Below are positions 48,482 to 59,620 of a DNA stretch of 62,501 nt, piece by piece (position 1 is the stretch's first letter; every line of letters starts with the position of its first letter). This stretch comes from Flavobacteriaceae bacterium (lineage in GTDB: Bacteria > Bacteroidota > Bacteroidia > Flavobacteriales > Flavobacteriaceae). The notes under the pieces were generated by a model. The model was not told where the DNA came from, did not search any database, and saw only the letters and a list, made by a program, of their open reading frames with translations. The stretch is taken from assembly GCA_036396455.1 (NCBI GenBank), contig DASWKU010000318.1:1-62501 (forward strand). Reading direction: 5' to 3'. A program made the position numbers and the translations under genes.

Positions 48482-50905
48482 CTAAAATTTGTCTTTTATA
48501 GATATCTCCATTACTTTATAAATTAATTCTCCTTCATCATTCATACCATTGATAAACAGCTTAATGTTTTGATGGACACCTCTATATACTTGAAGAGTAT
48601 GAGATGTATTGGGCTGCAAGTCCAAATTTGGAATCCAATCCAACGTTTCAAAATATGAACGTGATAATATTGAATTAAATATTAAAGGAGAAGCTTCAAA
48701 ATTTATTTTTGAAGGCGTAAAACCAAAGTCTGTTTCACTTAAATAATAATTATCATTTGGAACTGTTTTATATGGTTCGTTTCTATTTTTTAATTCTATA
48801 GAAACAACACCTGCACTCCCGCGTAATCCATATCCAGCACCACTGACGTTTATTTTTATTGATTTTACATCTGTTAATCGCATTCCCACCAAAACATTGG
48901 TTTCTATAGGCACACCATTAAATAAAATTAAGGCTTCCTTATTGCCATTAAAAGTACTATACTTTGCCCTCATGAATATAACACTTGCCGTAATGCCATA
49001 TTCAGAAGCAGATATCCCTGGATGATTGTCAAGAAATTCAAGTATTGAATAGTTCATTCTATCTGCATCATTAATCGTTATGCTCTGTATAAACCCATTA
49101 CCTAATTCTTTTGGATCGTTTGGGTATGCTTCTTCTATTAATTCATCTTTTCGTTTTTTACCATAAACTGTTACTTCATCCAGTCTCTCAATAGATTGGT
49201 CTTTAGGAAGTATATAATCATCGGTGTTTAATTTTATAGGTTCTTGATTTTCAATAGTTTTAAATACCGGTTGGGAATAAACCAATAATGAGTCTACCTT
49301 ATATTTATCCAAGTCATATATATAAAAACTTGCTTTAACTATTTTACCTTTTTTATCTAAAAGGGCTAATTTGTAGTTCGTCTTCTCCTTTAAACTTAGT
49401 TGATTAAATTCAAAAGACTTATTTGGTCCAACAGGGGCAAGTAATAATATTTTATTTTCAGTAGAAGACAGTAAAACCTTGTGATTTTGTAAATCCTTTA
49501 TTGATGTATTAATAGTTCCCTTAATTGTCAATCCGTACTCTTTTTTAAAAAACGGGTCTAATTTAGACGAATTGGAACCATTTTTAGCTCTTTTTTTTGC
49601 ATGTACTTGTAGGAAAATGTCTTTCTCTAAATCGCTAAGATTATTGTTAAAAAACAAATTTGACTGTAATGTGGAAGTAATATAGGGATTGACCAAGAAC
49701 TCCGATAATATGGTAGTCGGGTTATTGTTTAATTTTGTATGCTGGGGTAATACCGAAATACTTAAATTAGATGATATTGTATCTTTTAATCTAAAATCTA
49801 ATGTTAAAGAGTCTTTTGTCGCTTCATTTTGGATCACTTCAATATCAATCAGATTTGGTTTAATGAAAAAAGGGCGTTCTGCAATCAACTCATTAGTATC
49901 GTTAAATAATGCTATGGTATTTACTCCACTCGATAGGTTTTCGTCCAAAATTTTTAAACTATAGCTTAGATATTGTTCATTAATTTGAAAAGGAACAACA
50001 AATAGCAACTTATTATTTTTATAGATAGTTGCAAACATCTCTCTTTTATGATAAGACTTAGCTATCTCTTTACTTATTTTTATAGAAAACTTTTGGATGT
50101 CATTGCTTTTGGATTCAATCTTTTGAATTATAATGCCTAAATGCCTCTCTTGTTTTATTTTAAAAGCATATACTCTATTGTTAAAGTTAATTTTTGCGGT
50201 ATAGGAATGATCTGTTTTATAGGGCAATTTAAACATGCCGTAACCATAAATGTTGCTTTCTAGTTTAGTTATTTCTTCTCCAGTGGCATCAATAACTACA
50301 TTGCCTTTTACATTTGCTAAATAAGCGTCCCCTTTTTTAACAGTAAAAAAAACCATGTTATCAATCCTTTCTAATAAGGCACCACTTTCTGGATGAAATT
50401 CCATTTCTAATTCCTTACCATCAGATTGGTTAGAAATGTGATTATCTAAAGGTTCCTCTTCTTTGTCTGTTTTTGTATTTACAATGTCTATTAGAGCTAC
50501 ATATTTATAATCAAAATTTTTATTCCATTGTGTATCTAAGCTTAAATAATAACGACCAGTTTTTAAATGGTCAGGTAATGAAATTTCTCCAAAGGCTTTG
50601 CCATTATCACAATAAAATAACTGGTGAGTTATCAATGATTTATTATTATCATAAAAATTAATATAAAGGTTAGTTGTATTTGTTGAAGGTTTGTTATTAA
50701 AGTCGCTAACAATATAGGCTTTCCACCATATTTTTTCACCTGTAAAATAGGTAGTCTTGTTAGTGTGCAAAAAGAATTTTTCTTGCTCTAAATTATCAAA
50801 AATGTTTTTTAAGACCACCGAGCGCTCAATACCACTTTTGTTATTTTGGGAAAAAAGAATTGTAGTATTCAGTAAAACACATAATAAAATATTATTTGTT
50901 TTCAT
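48482..50905 (-). CDS. Large exported protein (MG2-like N-terminus, TonB-plug-like C-terminal region)
   Basis: Signal peptide, EKFFLHTNK..Y..GE.IW.KAY, FHPESG.L, LDEVTV, YG.RG..GVVSI and TL.W.P.L; a pattern typical of a flavobacterial family. Confidence 0.65.
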   Translation of the reverse strand: MKTNNILLCVLLNTTILFSQNNKSGIERSVVLKNIFDNLEQEKFFLHTNKTTYFTGEKIWWKAYIVSDFNNKPSTNTTNLYINFYDNNKSLITHQLFYCDNGKAFGEISLPDHLKTGRYYLSLDTQWNKNFDYKYVALIDIVNTKTDKEEEPLDNHISNQSDGKELEMEFHPESGALLERIDNMVFFTVKKGDAYLANVKGNVVIDATGEEITKLESNIYGYGMFKLPYKTDHSYTAKINFNNRVYAFKIKQERHLGIIIQKIESKSNDIQKFSIKISKEIAKSYHKREMFATIYKNNKLLFVVPFQINEQYLSYSLKILDENLSSGVNTIALFNDTNELIAERPFFIKPNLIDIEVIQNEATKDSLTLDFRLKDTISSNLSISVLPQHTKLNNNPTTILSEFLVNPYITSTLQSNLFFNNNLSDLEKDIFLQVHAKKRAKNGSNSSKLDPFFKKEYGLTIKGTINTSIKDLQNHKVLLSSTENKILLLAPVGPNKSFEFNQLSLKEKTNYKLALLDKKGKIVKASFYIYDLDKYKVDSLLVYSQPVFKTIENQEPIKLNTDDYILPKDQSIERLDEVTVYGKKRKDELIEEAYPNDPKELGNGFIQSITINDADRMNYSILEFLDNHPGISASEYGITASVIFMRAKYSTFNGNKEALILFNGVPIETNVLVGMRLTDVKSIKINVSGAGYGLRGSAGVVSIELKNRNEPYKTVPNDNYYLSETDFGFTPSKINFEASPLIFNSILSRSYFETLDWIPNLDLQPNTSHTLQVYRGVHQNIKLFINGMNDEGELIYKVMEISIKDKF

Positions 50906-51364
50906 TGTTTTATATTTATTCTTTTTCCTTGTTAAGTGTTTTAGCTCCTTTTAAATTTAGCAAATATTTATGATTAAATATCTATAAATTATATTTGCTG
51001 TGAACATTTATTGACGTTCACTGTTTGTATCTGTCCTTCGTGAAAGGAATATTGTTTAGGACCCTAGTTTATGCTAGGCTCTTTTTATGTTGTTAATTGA
51101 GGCCATTAAAATCTTCAATCAAATACCAAACTGTAAATTCCAATCAAATTTGTCTGTTTTAAGAATCTAACTCAGGTTTATAGGTTTGTTTCATAATTTA
51201 AAATAGCATAAAAAAGTCTTGCTTTACAAGGGTTGATTAAGTTAACCAAATTGAGTTATTGGCTATTAAAAAATTCTTTAGGGAGAATTGATTATAAATA
51301 TAATAAAAAGATTCTTACAAAAAAGCTTTTTATAAAAATCAAAAAGAGTTTAACGATAAAATAT

Positions 51365-51976
51365 TTATTTTCGAAGCGCATTGATCTCCTGATTTGTATC
51401 CTCAATAAATTGCAGAATTTCATCTCTTCCAAGGGATTTTGTTGATGAGGTCACAAAATATTGTGGAAGCTCTTCCCAAGTTTCCAAGAGCTCTTTGGAA
51501 TAATCTTCAACATGATTTTCAATGGCTTTTGGCTTCAGCTTATCGGCTTTGGTAAACACAATACAGAATGGAATTTGGTTAATGCCCAGATATTCCATAA
51601 ACTCCAAGTCAATGTTTTGTGGTTCGTGTCTAATATCAACAAGAACAAAAGCCGAGACCAATTGTTGTCGGTTTTCAAAATAATCGGTAATGAATTTTTG
51701 AAATTTCTTCTTTGTGGTCTTGGACACTTTTGCATAGCCATAACCCGGTAGATCGACCAAAAACCAATTTTTGTTAATACTGAAATGATTGATGAGTTGT
51801 GTTTTTCCAGGTTTCCCAGAAGTTTTGGCTAAATTATGACGACCGGTCAACATGTTGATCAACGAAGATTTGCCTACATTACTACGCCCAATAAATGCAT
51901 ATTCGGGCAGCAAATCTTTAGGGCATTTGGCCACATCAGAATTGCTCATTATAAATTCGGCAGTTTTAATCAACAT
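51365..51976 (-). CDS. engB: Ribosome biogenesis GTPase YihA/YsxC
   Basis: GRSNVGKSS, PGKTQ, DLPGYG and TKADK. Confidence 0.96.
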   Translation of the reverse strand: MLIKTAEFIMSNSDVAKCPKDLLPEYAFIGRSNVGKSSLINMLTGRHNLAKTSGKPGKTQLINHFSINKNWFLVDLPGYGYAKVSKTTKKKFQKFITDYFENRQQLVSAFVLVDIRHEPQNIDLEFMEYLGINQIPFCIVFTKADKLKPKAIENHVEDYSKELLETWEELPQYFVTSSTKSLGRDEILQFIEDTNQEINALRK

Positions 51977-51990
51977 TGTAATTGGAAGGT

Positions 51991-52755
51991 CTAAAAATTT
52001 CTATCACTAAGCCACTTGTAAAGAATGGAATTAAACTCCTCTGGATGTTCCATCATGGCCGCATGGCCACATTTATCGATCCAAAACAAATCGGAGTCCG
52101 GTAATAATTGATTAAACTCTTCAGCCACCTCCGGTGGAGTTACGGTGTCATTTTTGCCCCAGATAATGCAGGTAGGTGTTTTTATTTTTGGCAAGTCTTT
52201 GGACATATTATGCCTAATGGCACTTTTGGCAATGGCCAACGTCTTTACAAGCTTATTTCGGTCATTTACCGTTTCAAAAACTTCGTCCACTATTTCTTTT
52301 GTCGCGATGGCAGGGTCATAAAAAACCTCTTGGGCTTTTTTCTTGATGACCTCATAATCGCCGCGTTTGGTATAACCTCCACCCATGGCACTTTCATATA
52401 ATCCTGAACTCCCAGTGATCACCAGGGCTTTAATTTTTTTTGGATATAATTTTGTGTGATATAAACCTATATGCCCCCCTAATGAATTGCCCAACAAAAT
52501 CACATTTTTGTAGCCTTTAAATTCTATAAAATCGTAGAGGTATTTAGCAAAACTTTTAACATTGGTCTTAATCAATGACATGGTATAAATAGGCAATTCT
52601 GGAATAATGACTTTATATCCTTTTGCACCAAAAAAATTTGCAACCCCATCAAAATTGCTTAAACCACCCATTAATCCATGTAAGATTATTATTGGGGTCC
52701 CTTCTCCCATTTCAATATAACTGTAATTTTTTTCTTTTTTTAAAAGGTGTTTCAT
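51991..52755 (-). CDS. Alpha/beta-fold hydrolase
   Basis: LHG, GNSLGG and CGH. Confidence 0.9.
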   Translation of the reverse strand: MKHLLKKEKNYSYIEMGEGTPIIILHGLMGGLSNFDGVANFFGAKGYKVIIPELPIYTMSLIKTNVKSFAKYLYDFIEFKGYKNVILLGNSLGGHIGLYHTKLYPKKIKALVITGSSGLYESAMGGGYTKRGDYEVIKKKAQEVFYDPAIATKEIVDEVFETVNDRNKLVKTLAIAKSAIRHNMSKDLPKIKTPTCIIWGKNDTVTPPEVAEEFNQLLPDSDLFWIDKCGHAAMMEHPEEFNSILYKWLSDRNF

Positions 52756-52976
52756 AGATCACTAACAATGGAGTGTTAAAAACAAATATAGGTATTTCAT
52801 TTCTAATTTGTTCTCATTTTAATTGATGTTGGTAAAATACTTTGCTAACAGTTTGGGTATGGCAATGAACAGTTAATTCTACAAATTTTAATGGATTGAT
52901 TTTAAGTAAATTGAAAAGGAAAGCTTTCTGCATTTCAACGAAAAAAACCTGAAAAATATAGAATTTATTAACAAAT

Positions 52977-53020
52977 GTGGTATTTTGTGGTAAAAAGTGG
53001 TAATTTTTTCAATATATTTG
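52977..53020 (+). promoter_or_regulatory. dcw promoter with three MraZ-binding-type repeats
   Basis: GTGGTA at 52977, 52987 and 52997 (10-bp period), followed by the -7 element TATATTTG (53013-53020). Confidence 0.8.
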
Positions 53021-53052
53021 AATCATAATCGTTTCCCACATAAACTAACCAA

Positions 53053-53520
53053 TTGAAAACATTAATAGGAACATATGAATGTAAGGTGGATGCCAAAGGT
53101 AGGCTGATGCTTCCTGGTGCCATCAAAAAGCAACTGTCTCCTGTGCTTCAAAATGGATTTGTATTGAAACGCGCTGTGTTTCAGCCTTGTCTGGAACTCT
53201 ATCCAATGGCCGAGTGGGAAACCCTCATGCAAAAAGTGAATTCTCTAAATCGCTTTAAAAAGAAGAATAATGACTTTATACGTCGTTTCACAGCTGGAGT
53301 AAAGATGATTGAGGTAGATAATACTGGACGCCTTTTAATTCCTAAAGATCTAATTGTTTTTTCAGGAATTAGCAAAGATACAGTGGTGTCTTCAGCCATA
53401 AATATTATTGAGATTTGGGACAAAGATAAATATGAACAAGCTATTGACGATGCCACAGGTGACTTTTCAGATTTAGCTGAAGAAGTTATGGGTCAAGATG
53501 ATAACGATGGAATATCATAA
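53053..53520 (+). CDS. mraZ: Division/cell wall cluster repressor MraZ
   Basis: DAKGR and DNTGR repeats; first gene of the dcw cluster. Confidence 0.95.
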   Translation: MKTLIGTYECKVDAKGRLMLPGAIKKQLSPVLQNGFVLKRAVFQPCLELYPMAEWETLMQKVNSLNRFKKKNNDFIRRFTAGVKMIEVDNTGRLLIPKDLIVFSGISKDTVVSSAINIIEIWDKDKYEQAIDDATGDFSDLAEEVMGQDDNDGIS

Positions 53521-54403
53521 TCCAGTTTTATTAAAAGAAACGGTTGAGGGTTTAAATATCAAACAAGACGGAATTTATGTGGATGTCACGTTTGGTGGTG
53601 GAGGGCATAGCAGGGAAATTTTGAAACAACTTGGACCAAAAGGTAGATTATTTGCATTTGACCAGGATAAAGACGCTCTTTTAAATACTATTGAAGATAG
53701 TCGGTTTACACTGATCAATGAGAATTTCAAATTTGTTAAACGCTTTTTAAGATTTTATGGCGTAAAGGAAGTTGATGGAATTCTTGCTGATTTTGGGGTT
53801 TCGTCCCATCAGTTTGATGTTGCAGAGCGTGGATTTTCAACACGATTGGATGCTGATTTGGATATGAGAATGAACCAAAATAGTGCACGGTCTGCTTTTA
53901 ATGTTATTAATGAATATGAAGAAGAACATTTGCGTCAAGTATTTTGGCAATATGGTGAGTTGAGACAAGCACCGGCAATGGCAAGGGTTATTGTTGAAGA
54001 ACGTTCAAAATCTCAAATAAAAACAAGTGAACAGTTAAAATTTGTACTGAAACGATTTTTGAAACATAAAAAGGAAAATAAAATATTGGCCCAAATCTAT
54101 CAGGCTGTTCGCATTGAGGTGAACCAGGAAATGGAAGCATTAAAAGAATTGCTTTTGCAAACACCCGAGATATTGAAAGTGGGAGGCAGATTAAGTTTTA
54201 TATCCTATCACTCGTTGGAAGATAGATTGGTAAAGCGATTTATAAGAAATGGATTGTTTGAAGGTGAACCGGAACGTGATGTATTTGGAAATTATAAAGT
54301 GCCTTTTAAAAAAATAGGAAACCTAATTGTGCCATCAGAGCAGGAAATAAAACTAAATAATAGGGCTAGAAGTGCAAAACTTCGCATTGCTGAAAAAATA
54401 TGA
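53498..54403 (+). CDS. rsmH: 16S rRNA m4C1402 methyltransferase
   Basis: YHNPVLL, DVTFGGGGHS, GVSSHQ and YHSLEDR. Confidence 0.96.
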   Translation: MITMEYHNPVLLKETVEGLNIKQDGIYVDVTFGGGGHSREILKQLGPKGRLFAFDQDKDALLNTIEDSRFTLINENFKFVKRFLRFYGVKEVDGILADFGVSSHQFDVAERGFSTRLDADLDMRMNQNSARSAFNVINEYEEEHLRQVFWQYGELRQAPAMARVIVEERSKSQIKTSEQLKFVLKRFLKHKKENKILAQIYQAVRIEVNQEMEALKELLLQTPEILKVGGRLSFISYHSLEDRLVKRFIRNGLFEGEPERDVFGNYKVPFKKIGNLIVPSEQEIKLNNRARSAKLRIAEKI

Positions 54404-54717
54404 AGAAAAGTGTTTATGACATTTTAAAAGGCAAATTTTTAATAAGTGACGATTCTTTTAAAAACTGGAGAGTTATCATTTTTATTTCAGCTTTGGCTAT
54501 TGTTATGATAGCAAGTTCCCACAGTGCTGACAAAAAAGTACATGAAATTGCACAATTGAATAATGAAGTAAAAGAATGGCGTTCAGCTTTTGTTGAAGGC
54601 CGCTCAAAATTGATGAGACTTAAAATGGAATCTTCAATCATTAAAAAAATGGCTGTAAAAGAGCTTACGCCCTCTACAGTCCCACCAAAAAAAATTAGAA
54701 TAAAATCCCAAGATTAA
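54400..54717 (+). CDS. ftsL: FtsL-like cell division protein
   Basis: Single TM plus coiled coil, between rsmH and ftsI. Confidence 0.8.
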   Translation: MKKSVYDILKGKFLISDDSFKNWRVIIFISALAIVMIASSHSADKKVHEIAQLNNEVKEWRSAFVEGRSKLMRLKMESSIIKKMAVKELTPSTVPPKKIRIKSQD

Positions 54718-54719
54718 TA

Positions 54720-56717
54720 GTGGCAGTAACTGAAAAAAACATATTGAACAGATTGTATTTTATTGCTGGATGCATGTTCCTATTTATGATTGCCGTAATT
54801 TTCAAATTGTTTACCATTCAGTTTGTCCAAGGAGATCAATATAGGGATTTAGCTGAAAAACGAACCATCAAAAATGTGGTCATACCTGCAAACAGGGGCA
54901 ATGTTTATGCATCAGACGGGAGCTTGTTGGCCACTTCAATTCCAAAATACGATATTAGGCTGGATGCCATAACACCTTCGGCCAATACATTTGAGAAATA
55001 CTTAAAACCGTTATCAGATTCCTTGTCCAAATTTTCTGGAAAACCTTCCAGTTTTTATCAAAATGAGATTCGAAAAGCCAGGGCAAACAAGAACAGATAT
55101 TTTTTGTTGGCACGGAATATTGGATATTCAGATTACATCCGGGTGAGAAATTTTCCGCTCCTTAATCTTGGCGCCTTTAAAGGCGGTTTGATTGTGGAGC
55201 AAACTACAAAGCGAGAGCATCCAATGGGCGAAATTGCACAACGCTCCATTGGCTATGAACGTTTTGATGAGGATGGCAATGTAACCAGGGCTGGGATTGA
55301 TGGTGCTTTTGGAGTGAAGTATTTAAGAGGAACAGATGGTCACAGATGGAAACAGAAAATAGGTCAGGGACAATGGAAACCCATCACCGATTATAATGAA
55401 GTTGAACCTAAAGACGGTTATGATGTCTACACCACTATAGATGTCAATATTCAGGATATAGCGCATCATGCATTACTTGTCCAGTTGGAATACTACGAAG
55501 CAGAACATGGTTGTGTGGTAGTCATGGAAACTAAAACAGGTGAAGTAAAAGCCATTTCAAACCTTGGGCGTAACAGTAAAGGTTTTTATTATGAACGTCT
55601 GAATTATGCGGTTGGAGAAAGTCATGAGCCTGGTTCTACATTTAAGACCGTAGCTCTTGCAGTGGCGTTGGAAGACAAGGAGATCGACACTTCAACAATT
55701 GTGGATACCAAACAGGGTTACAAACAATTTTATGGAAAAGGAATCTACGACACCCATGGTCACGGTAAAATTTCGGCTGCTAAGGCATTGGAAGTTTCGT
55801 CTAATATTGGTTTAGCAACCTTGATTGATGAGCACTATTCCAAGCAACCGAAAAGATTTATTGATAGAATTAAAAGTTGGCATTTAAATGAGCCTTTGGG
55901 AATCCCTATAATTGGTGAAGGAAAGCCAGAAATCCCAGGACCAGGCAGTAAAAAGTGGAGTAAAAATGCATTGCCTTCCATGGCTTATGGCTATAACCTA
56001 AGTTTGACTCCGTTGCAGACTTTGACGTTTTATAATGCCATTGCTAATGACGGAGAAATGATTTTGCCAAGGTTTATCAGAGAAGTCAGAGAGTTCGACA
56101 AACCCATAGAAAAATTTGATAAAGTAGTGATAGATAAGAAACTATTCTCTGATAAAACATTGCATGAACTTCAAGAAATTTTAAAGAATGTTGTCATTCG
56201 AGGAACAGCCAAATCTCTTTACTCCGAAAACTTTTCAATGGCGGGAAAAACAGGTACGGCTCAAACGGAATATTGGATGCCTGATTGGAATGATAACAAA
56301 CGCTATATTTCTTCTTTCGTAGGCTATTTTCCTGCCGATAATGCAAAATACTCTTGTATTGTGGTCATTCACAAACCAAGTATCAAAAAAGGCTATTACG
56401 GTGCCGACGTATCGGGACCCGTGTTTAAAAAAATAGCACAAAAAATATTTACCGATACGCCTTTAATTGATGTGATTGAGACACTTGAATTCAAGAATTC
56501 AATAGTTGATGAAGATTTTGAAGCCTATTATAATGTGGCACAAACCTATAAAACCATTATGCCCAGTGTTGTTGGTATGACCACAATGGATGCCATACCA
56601 TTATTGGAAAATATGGGTTTAAAAGTTAAAGTAGATGGCAGTGGTAAGGTTAAAGGCCAATCTATTGATAAAGGAGAAAAAGTCAGTAAAAATCAAACCG
56701 TTGTTTTAAATATCTAA
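54720..56717 (+). CDS. ftsI: Penicillin-binding protein FtsI (PASTA domain)
   Basis: EPGSTFK, SSN and KTGT motifs; C-terminal PASTA domain. Confidence 0.93.
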   Translation: MAVTEKNILNRLYFIAGCMFLFMIAVIFKLFTIQFVQGDQYRDLAEKRTIKNVVIPANRGNVYASDGSLLATSIPKYDIRLDAITPSANTFEKYLKPLSDSLSKFSGKPSSFYQNEIRKARANKNRYFLLARNIGYSDYIRVRNFPLLNLGAFKGGLIVEQTTKREHPMGEIAQRSIGYERFDEDGNVTRAGIDGAFGVKYLRGTDGHRWKQKIGQGQWKPITDYNEVEPKDGYDVYTTIDVNIQDIAHHALLVQLEYYEAEHGCVVVMETKTGEVKAISNLGRNSKGFYYERLNYAVGESHEPGSTFKTVALAVALEDKEIDTSTIVDTKQGYKQFYGKGIYDTHGHGKISAAKALEVSSNIGLATLIDEHYSKQPKRFIDRIKSWHLNEPLGIPIIGEGKPEIPGPGSKKWSKNALPSMAYGYNLSLTPLQTLTFYNAIANDGEMILPRFIREVREFDKPIEKFDKVVIDKKLFSDKTLHELQEILKNVVIRGTAKSLYSENFSMAGKTGTAQTEYWMPDWNDNKRYISSFVGYFPADNAKYSCIVVIHKPSIKKGYYGADVSGPVFKKIAQKIFTDTPLIDVIETLEFKNSIVDEDFEAYYNVAQTYKTIMPSVVGMTTMDAIPLLENMGLKVKVDGSGKVKGQSIDKGEKVSKNQTVVLNI

Positions 56718-58180
56718 TGGTGCAATTAAAAGACATATTGTATAAAACAACCATCAATGTTGTGGTCGGCAATACTGGTATTAAGGTTAATGCCATAGCG
56801 TTTGATTCTCGAAAAGTGACCAACAACGATGTATTTGTTGCCGTTAAGGGAACTGCTGTAGATGGCCATAATTATATTGAAAAGGCCATTGAAAACGGTG
56901 CAACTGCAATAGTCTGCGAAATACTGCCGTCAAATTTAATTGATGATATTACTTATATAGAAGTTGACAATGCCGGTAGGGCATTGGCGTTCATGGCTTC
57001 AAATTATTATCAAAACCCTTCTGAAAATTTAAAACTTATTGGTGTAACCGGTACAAATGGAAAAACAACGGTGGCTACTTTATTATATCAACTTTTCAAA
57101 AAAGCAGGTTTCAAAGTTGGCCTTTTGTCTACCGTTAAAATTATGGTCAATAACAAAGCATATGAAGCAACCCATACCACTCCAGATTCATTGACCATCA
57201 ACCGATATTTGAATGAAATGAATCTTGAAGGTGTTGAATTTTGTTTTATGGAAGTTAGCTCACACGGTATTCATCAAAACAGAACAGAAGGCTTGCAATT
57301 TGAAGGTGGCATCTTTACCAATTTGACCCATGACCATTTAGATTATCACGATACGTTTGCCGAATATCGGGATGTGAAAAAATCTTTTTTTGACAACCTT
57401 TCAAAACAAGCATTTGCCCTAGTGAACATTGACGACAAAAATGGGTTGGTCATGCTTCAAAACACAAAGGCCAGAAAGGTTACCTATGCCCTAAAAACCT
57501 ATGCCGATTATAAAGCTCAAATTTTGGAAAATCAGTTTGGTGGCTTATTGTTAAAAATCAACGAAAGTGAAGTATGGACAAGACTGATAGGAAGTTTCAA
57601 TGCCTACAATGTGTTGGCAATCTATGCCACTGCTGAATTGTTAGGTCTTGAAAAAGTCGAAAGCCTAAGGCTCATTAGTGGACTCGAAAGTGTTGCAGGC
57701 CGTTTTCAGTATTTAGTTTCTGATGAAAACATAACTGCTATTGTTGATTATGCCCACACGCCCGATGCCTTGAAAAATGTGCTGGAAACCATTAATAGCA
57801 TTCGAACGAATAACGAAGAACTGATCACTGTTGTAGGTTGTGGCGGTGATAGAGATAAAACCAAGCGACCAAAAATGGGGCACATTGCTTCGGCCTTGAG
57901 CACCAAAGTCATTTTTACAAGTGATAACCCTAGAAGCGAAGTTCCGGAAGCCATAATTGAAGATATTGAAAAAGGCGTCGAACCCCAAAATTTTAAAAAA
58001 ACAATTTCAATAGTCGATAGAAAGCAGGCCATTAAAACGGCTTGCCAAATGGCACAACCCAATGATATCATTTTAATCGCCGGAAAAGGTCATGAAACCT
58101 ATCAGGAAATTAAGGGACTGCGATCAGATTTTGATGATTATAAAATTGTACAGGAATTTTTAAAGCAATTACAGAAATAA
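56717..58180 (+). CDS. murE: UDP-MurNAc-tripeptide (DAP) ligase
   Basis: GTNGKTT, EVSSH, DYAHTPD, DNPR and AGKGHE. Confidence 0.96.
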   Translation: MVQLKDILYKTTINVVVGNTGIKVNAIAFDSRKVTNNDVFVAVKGTAVDGHNYIEKAIENGATAIVCEILPSNLIDDITYIEVDNAGRALAFMASNYYQNPSENLKLIGVTGTNGKTTVATLLYQLFKKAGFKVGLLSTVKIMVNNKAYEATHTTPDSLTINRYLNEMNLEGVEFCFMEVSSHGIHQNRTEGLQFEGGIFTNLTHDHLDYHDTFAEYRDVKKSFFDNLSKQAFALVNIDDKNGLVMLQNTKARKVTYALKTYADYKAQILENQFGGLLLKINESEVWTRLIGSFNAYNVLAIYATAELLGLEKVESLRLISGLESVAGRFQYLVSDENITAIVDYAHTPDALKNVLETINSIRTNNEELITVVGCGGDRDKTKRPKMGHIASALSTKVIFTSDNPRSEVPEAIIEDIEKGVEPQNFKKTISIVDRKQAIKTACQMAQPNDIILIAGKGHETYQEIKGLRSDFDDYKIVQEFLKQLQK

Positions 58181-58184
58181 TTAA

Positions 58185-58249
58185 AAGAATTAAGAATTAA
58201 GAATTAAGAATTAAGTTTTGTTTAAACAACGAACAACAAACAATAAACA
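58185..58249 (+). repeat. Heptamer tandem repeats
   Basis: (AAGAATT)x4 followed by AAACAAC/GAACAAC/AAACAAT units. Confidence 0.8.
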
Positions 58250-59491
58250 ATGCTGTATTACCTATTTGAATATTTAGAAAAACAATTCCAATTCCCGGGA
58301 GCATCCCTCTTTGGATACATATCATTTAGGGCAGCTGTCGCTATTATTTTATCGCTTTTGATCTCCACTATTTATGGAAAACGCATCATTAGATTTTTAC
58401 AAAGACAACAAGTTGGTGAAAGCATAAGGGACCTTGGTTTGGAAGGTCAAGTTGAAAAGGCTGGTACTCCAACCATGGGTGGAATCATCATTATCCTTGC
58501 GACCTTAATCCCTGTGATTTTGGTTGCCAAACTTGAGAACATATATATCATATTGCTAATTGTTACAACCCTTTGGATGGGAACCATTGGGTTTATTGAT
58601 GATTACATTAAGAAATTTAAAAAAGATAAGGAAGGCTTAAAAGGAAGGTTTAAAGTATTGGGTCAGGTTGGACTTGGAATTATTGTCGGGACAACGCTTT
58701 TCTTTCATCCCGATGTCACCATTAAAGAAAAATTACCTATCGCTGAACAGCAACAACTTTTGATCGCTGATCCAAATATTTCGCCCTCAAAACTTTTTGA
58801 AGAAGAAGAACGCTCAACAAAAACCACAATTCCATTTGTCAAAGGAAATGAATTCGATTATTCCGATTTGGTAACCTGGATAAACCCTGAATGGAAAGCC
58901 TATGCTTGGTTGCTATTTATTCCAATTGTCATTTTCATCATCACAGCAGTTTCCAATGGTGCCAATCTCACCGATGGCATTGATGGTCTCGCTGCAGGAA
59001 CATCGGCAATCATTGTGCTCACTTTGGGGATTTTTGCTTGGGTTTCGGGTAACATCATTTTTTCTGATTACCTCAACATCATGTACATCCCAAGAGTTGA
59101 GGAAATCACCATTTATATTGGGGCATTTGTTGGGGCATTGATAGGATTTTTGTGGTACAACACGTACCCCGCACAGGTATTTATGGGGGATACAGGTAGT
59201 TTGACCATAGGCGGAATCATTGCAGTAATAGCCGTTGCTGTGCGAAAGGAATGGTTGATTCCATTGCTGTGCGGTATTTTTTTGGCGGAAAATTTATCGG
59301 TGGTCATGCAGGTAAGCTATTTTAAATATACCAAGAAAAAATATGGTGAAGGAAGGCGCATTTTTAAAATGTCCCCTTTGCACCATCATTATCAAAAATC
59401 AGGATATCATGAAAGTAAAATCGTAACACGCTTTTGGATTATTGGCATTTTGTTGGCGATTTTATCGATAGTGACCTTGAAAATTAGATAA
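58250..59491 (+). CDS. mraY: Phospho-MurNAc-pentapeptide transferase
   Basis: [22 protein letters not shown] and PLHHH. Confidence 0.96.
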   Translation: MLYYLFEYLEKQFQFPGASLFGYISFRAAVAIILSLLISTIYGKRIIRFLQRQQVGESIRDLGLEGQVEKAGTPTMGGIIIILATLIPVILVAKLENIYIILLIVTTLWMGTIGFIDDYIKKFKKDKEGLKGRFKVLGQVGLGIIVGTTLFFHPDVTIKEKLPIAEQQQLLIADPNISPSKLFEEEERSTKTTIPFVKGNEFDYSDLVTWINPEWKAYAWLLFIPIVIFIITAVSNGANLTDGIDGLAAGTSAIIVLTLGIFAWVSGNIIFSDYLNIMYIPRVEEITIYIGAFVGALIGFLWYNTYPAQVFMGDTGSLTIGGIIAVIAVAVRKEWLIPLLCGIFLAENLSVVMQVSYFKYTKKKYGEGRRIFKMSPLHHHYQKSGYHESKIVTRFWIIGILLAILSIVTLKIR

Positions 59492-59495
59492 CAAC

Positions 59496-59513
59496 TTCCT
59501 GCGAAAGCAGGAA
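59496..59513. repeat. REP-like hairpin
   Basis: TTCCTGC-GAAA-GCAGGAA immediately after the mraY stop, without a U-tract. Confidence 0.65.
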
Positions 59514-59620
59514 TTCAATGATTTAATATGTGATTGAAGAAAACAGAAAATAGATGAAAGACAATAGAGTGAGAAAAGTGATTAAATAGAATTTAAAAGA
59601 GATTAAAGATCAGTGAATTC

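Noticed and set aside
51233-51445. 70-aa plus-strand ORF
   Set aside because: Low-complexity Lys/Ile-rich reading of AT-rich DNA with a non-ATG start, overlapping the engB 3' end.
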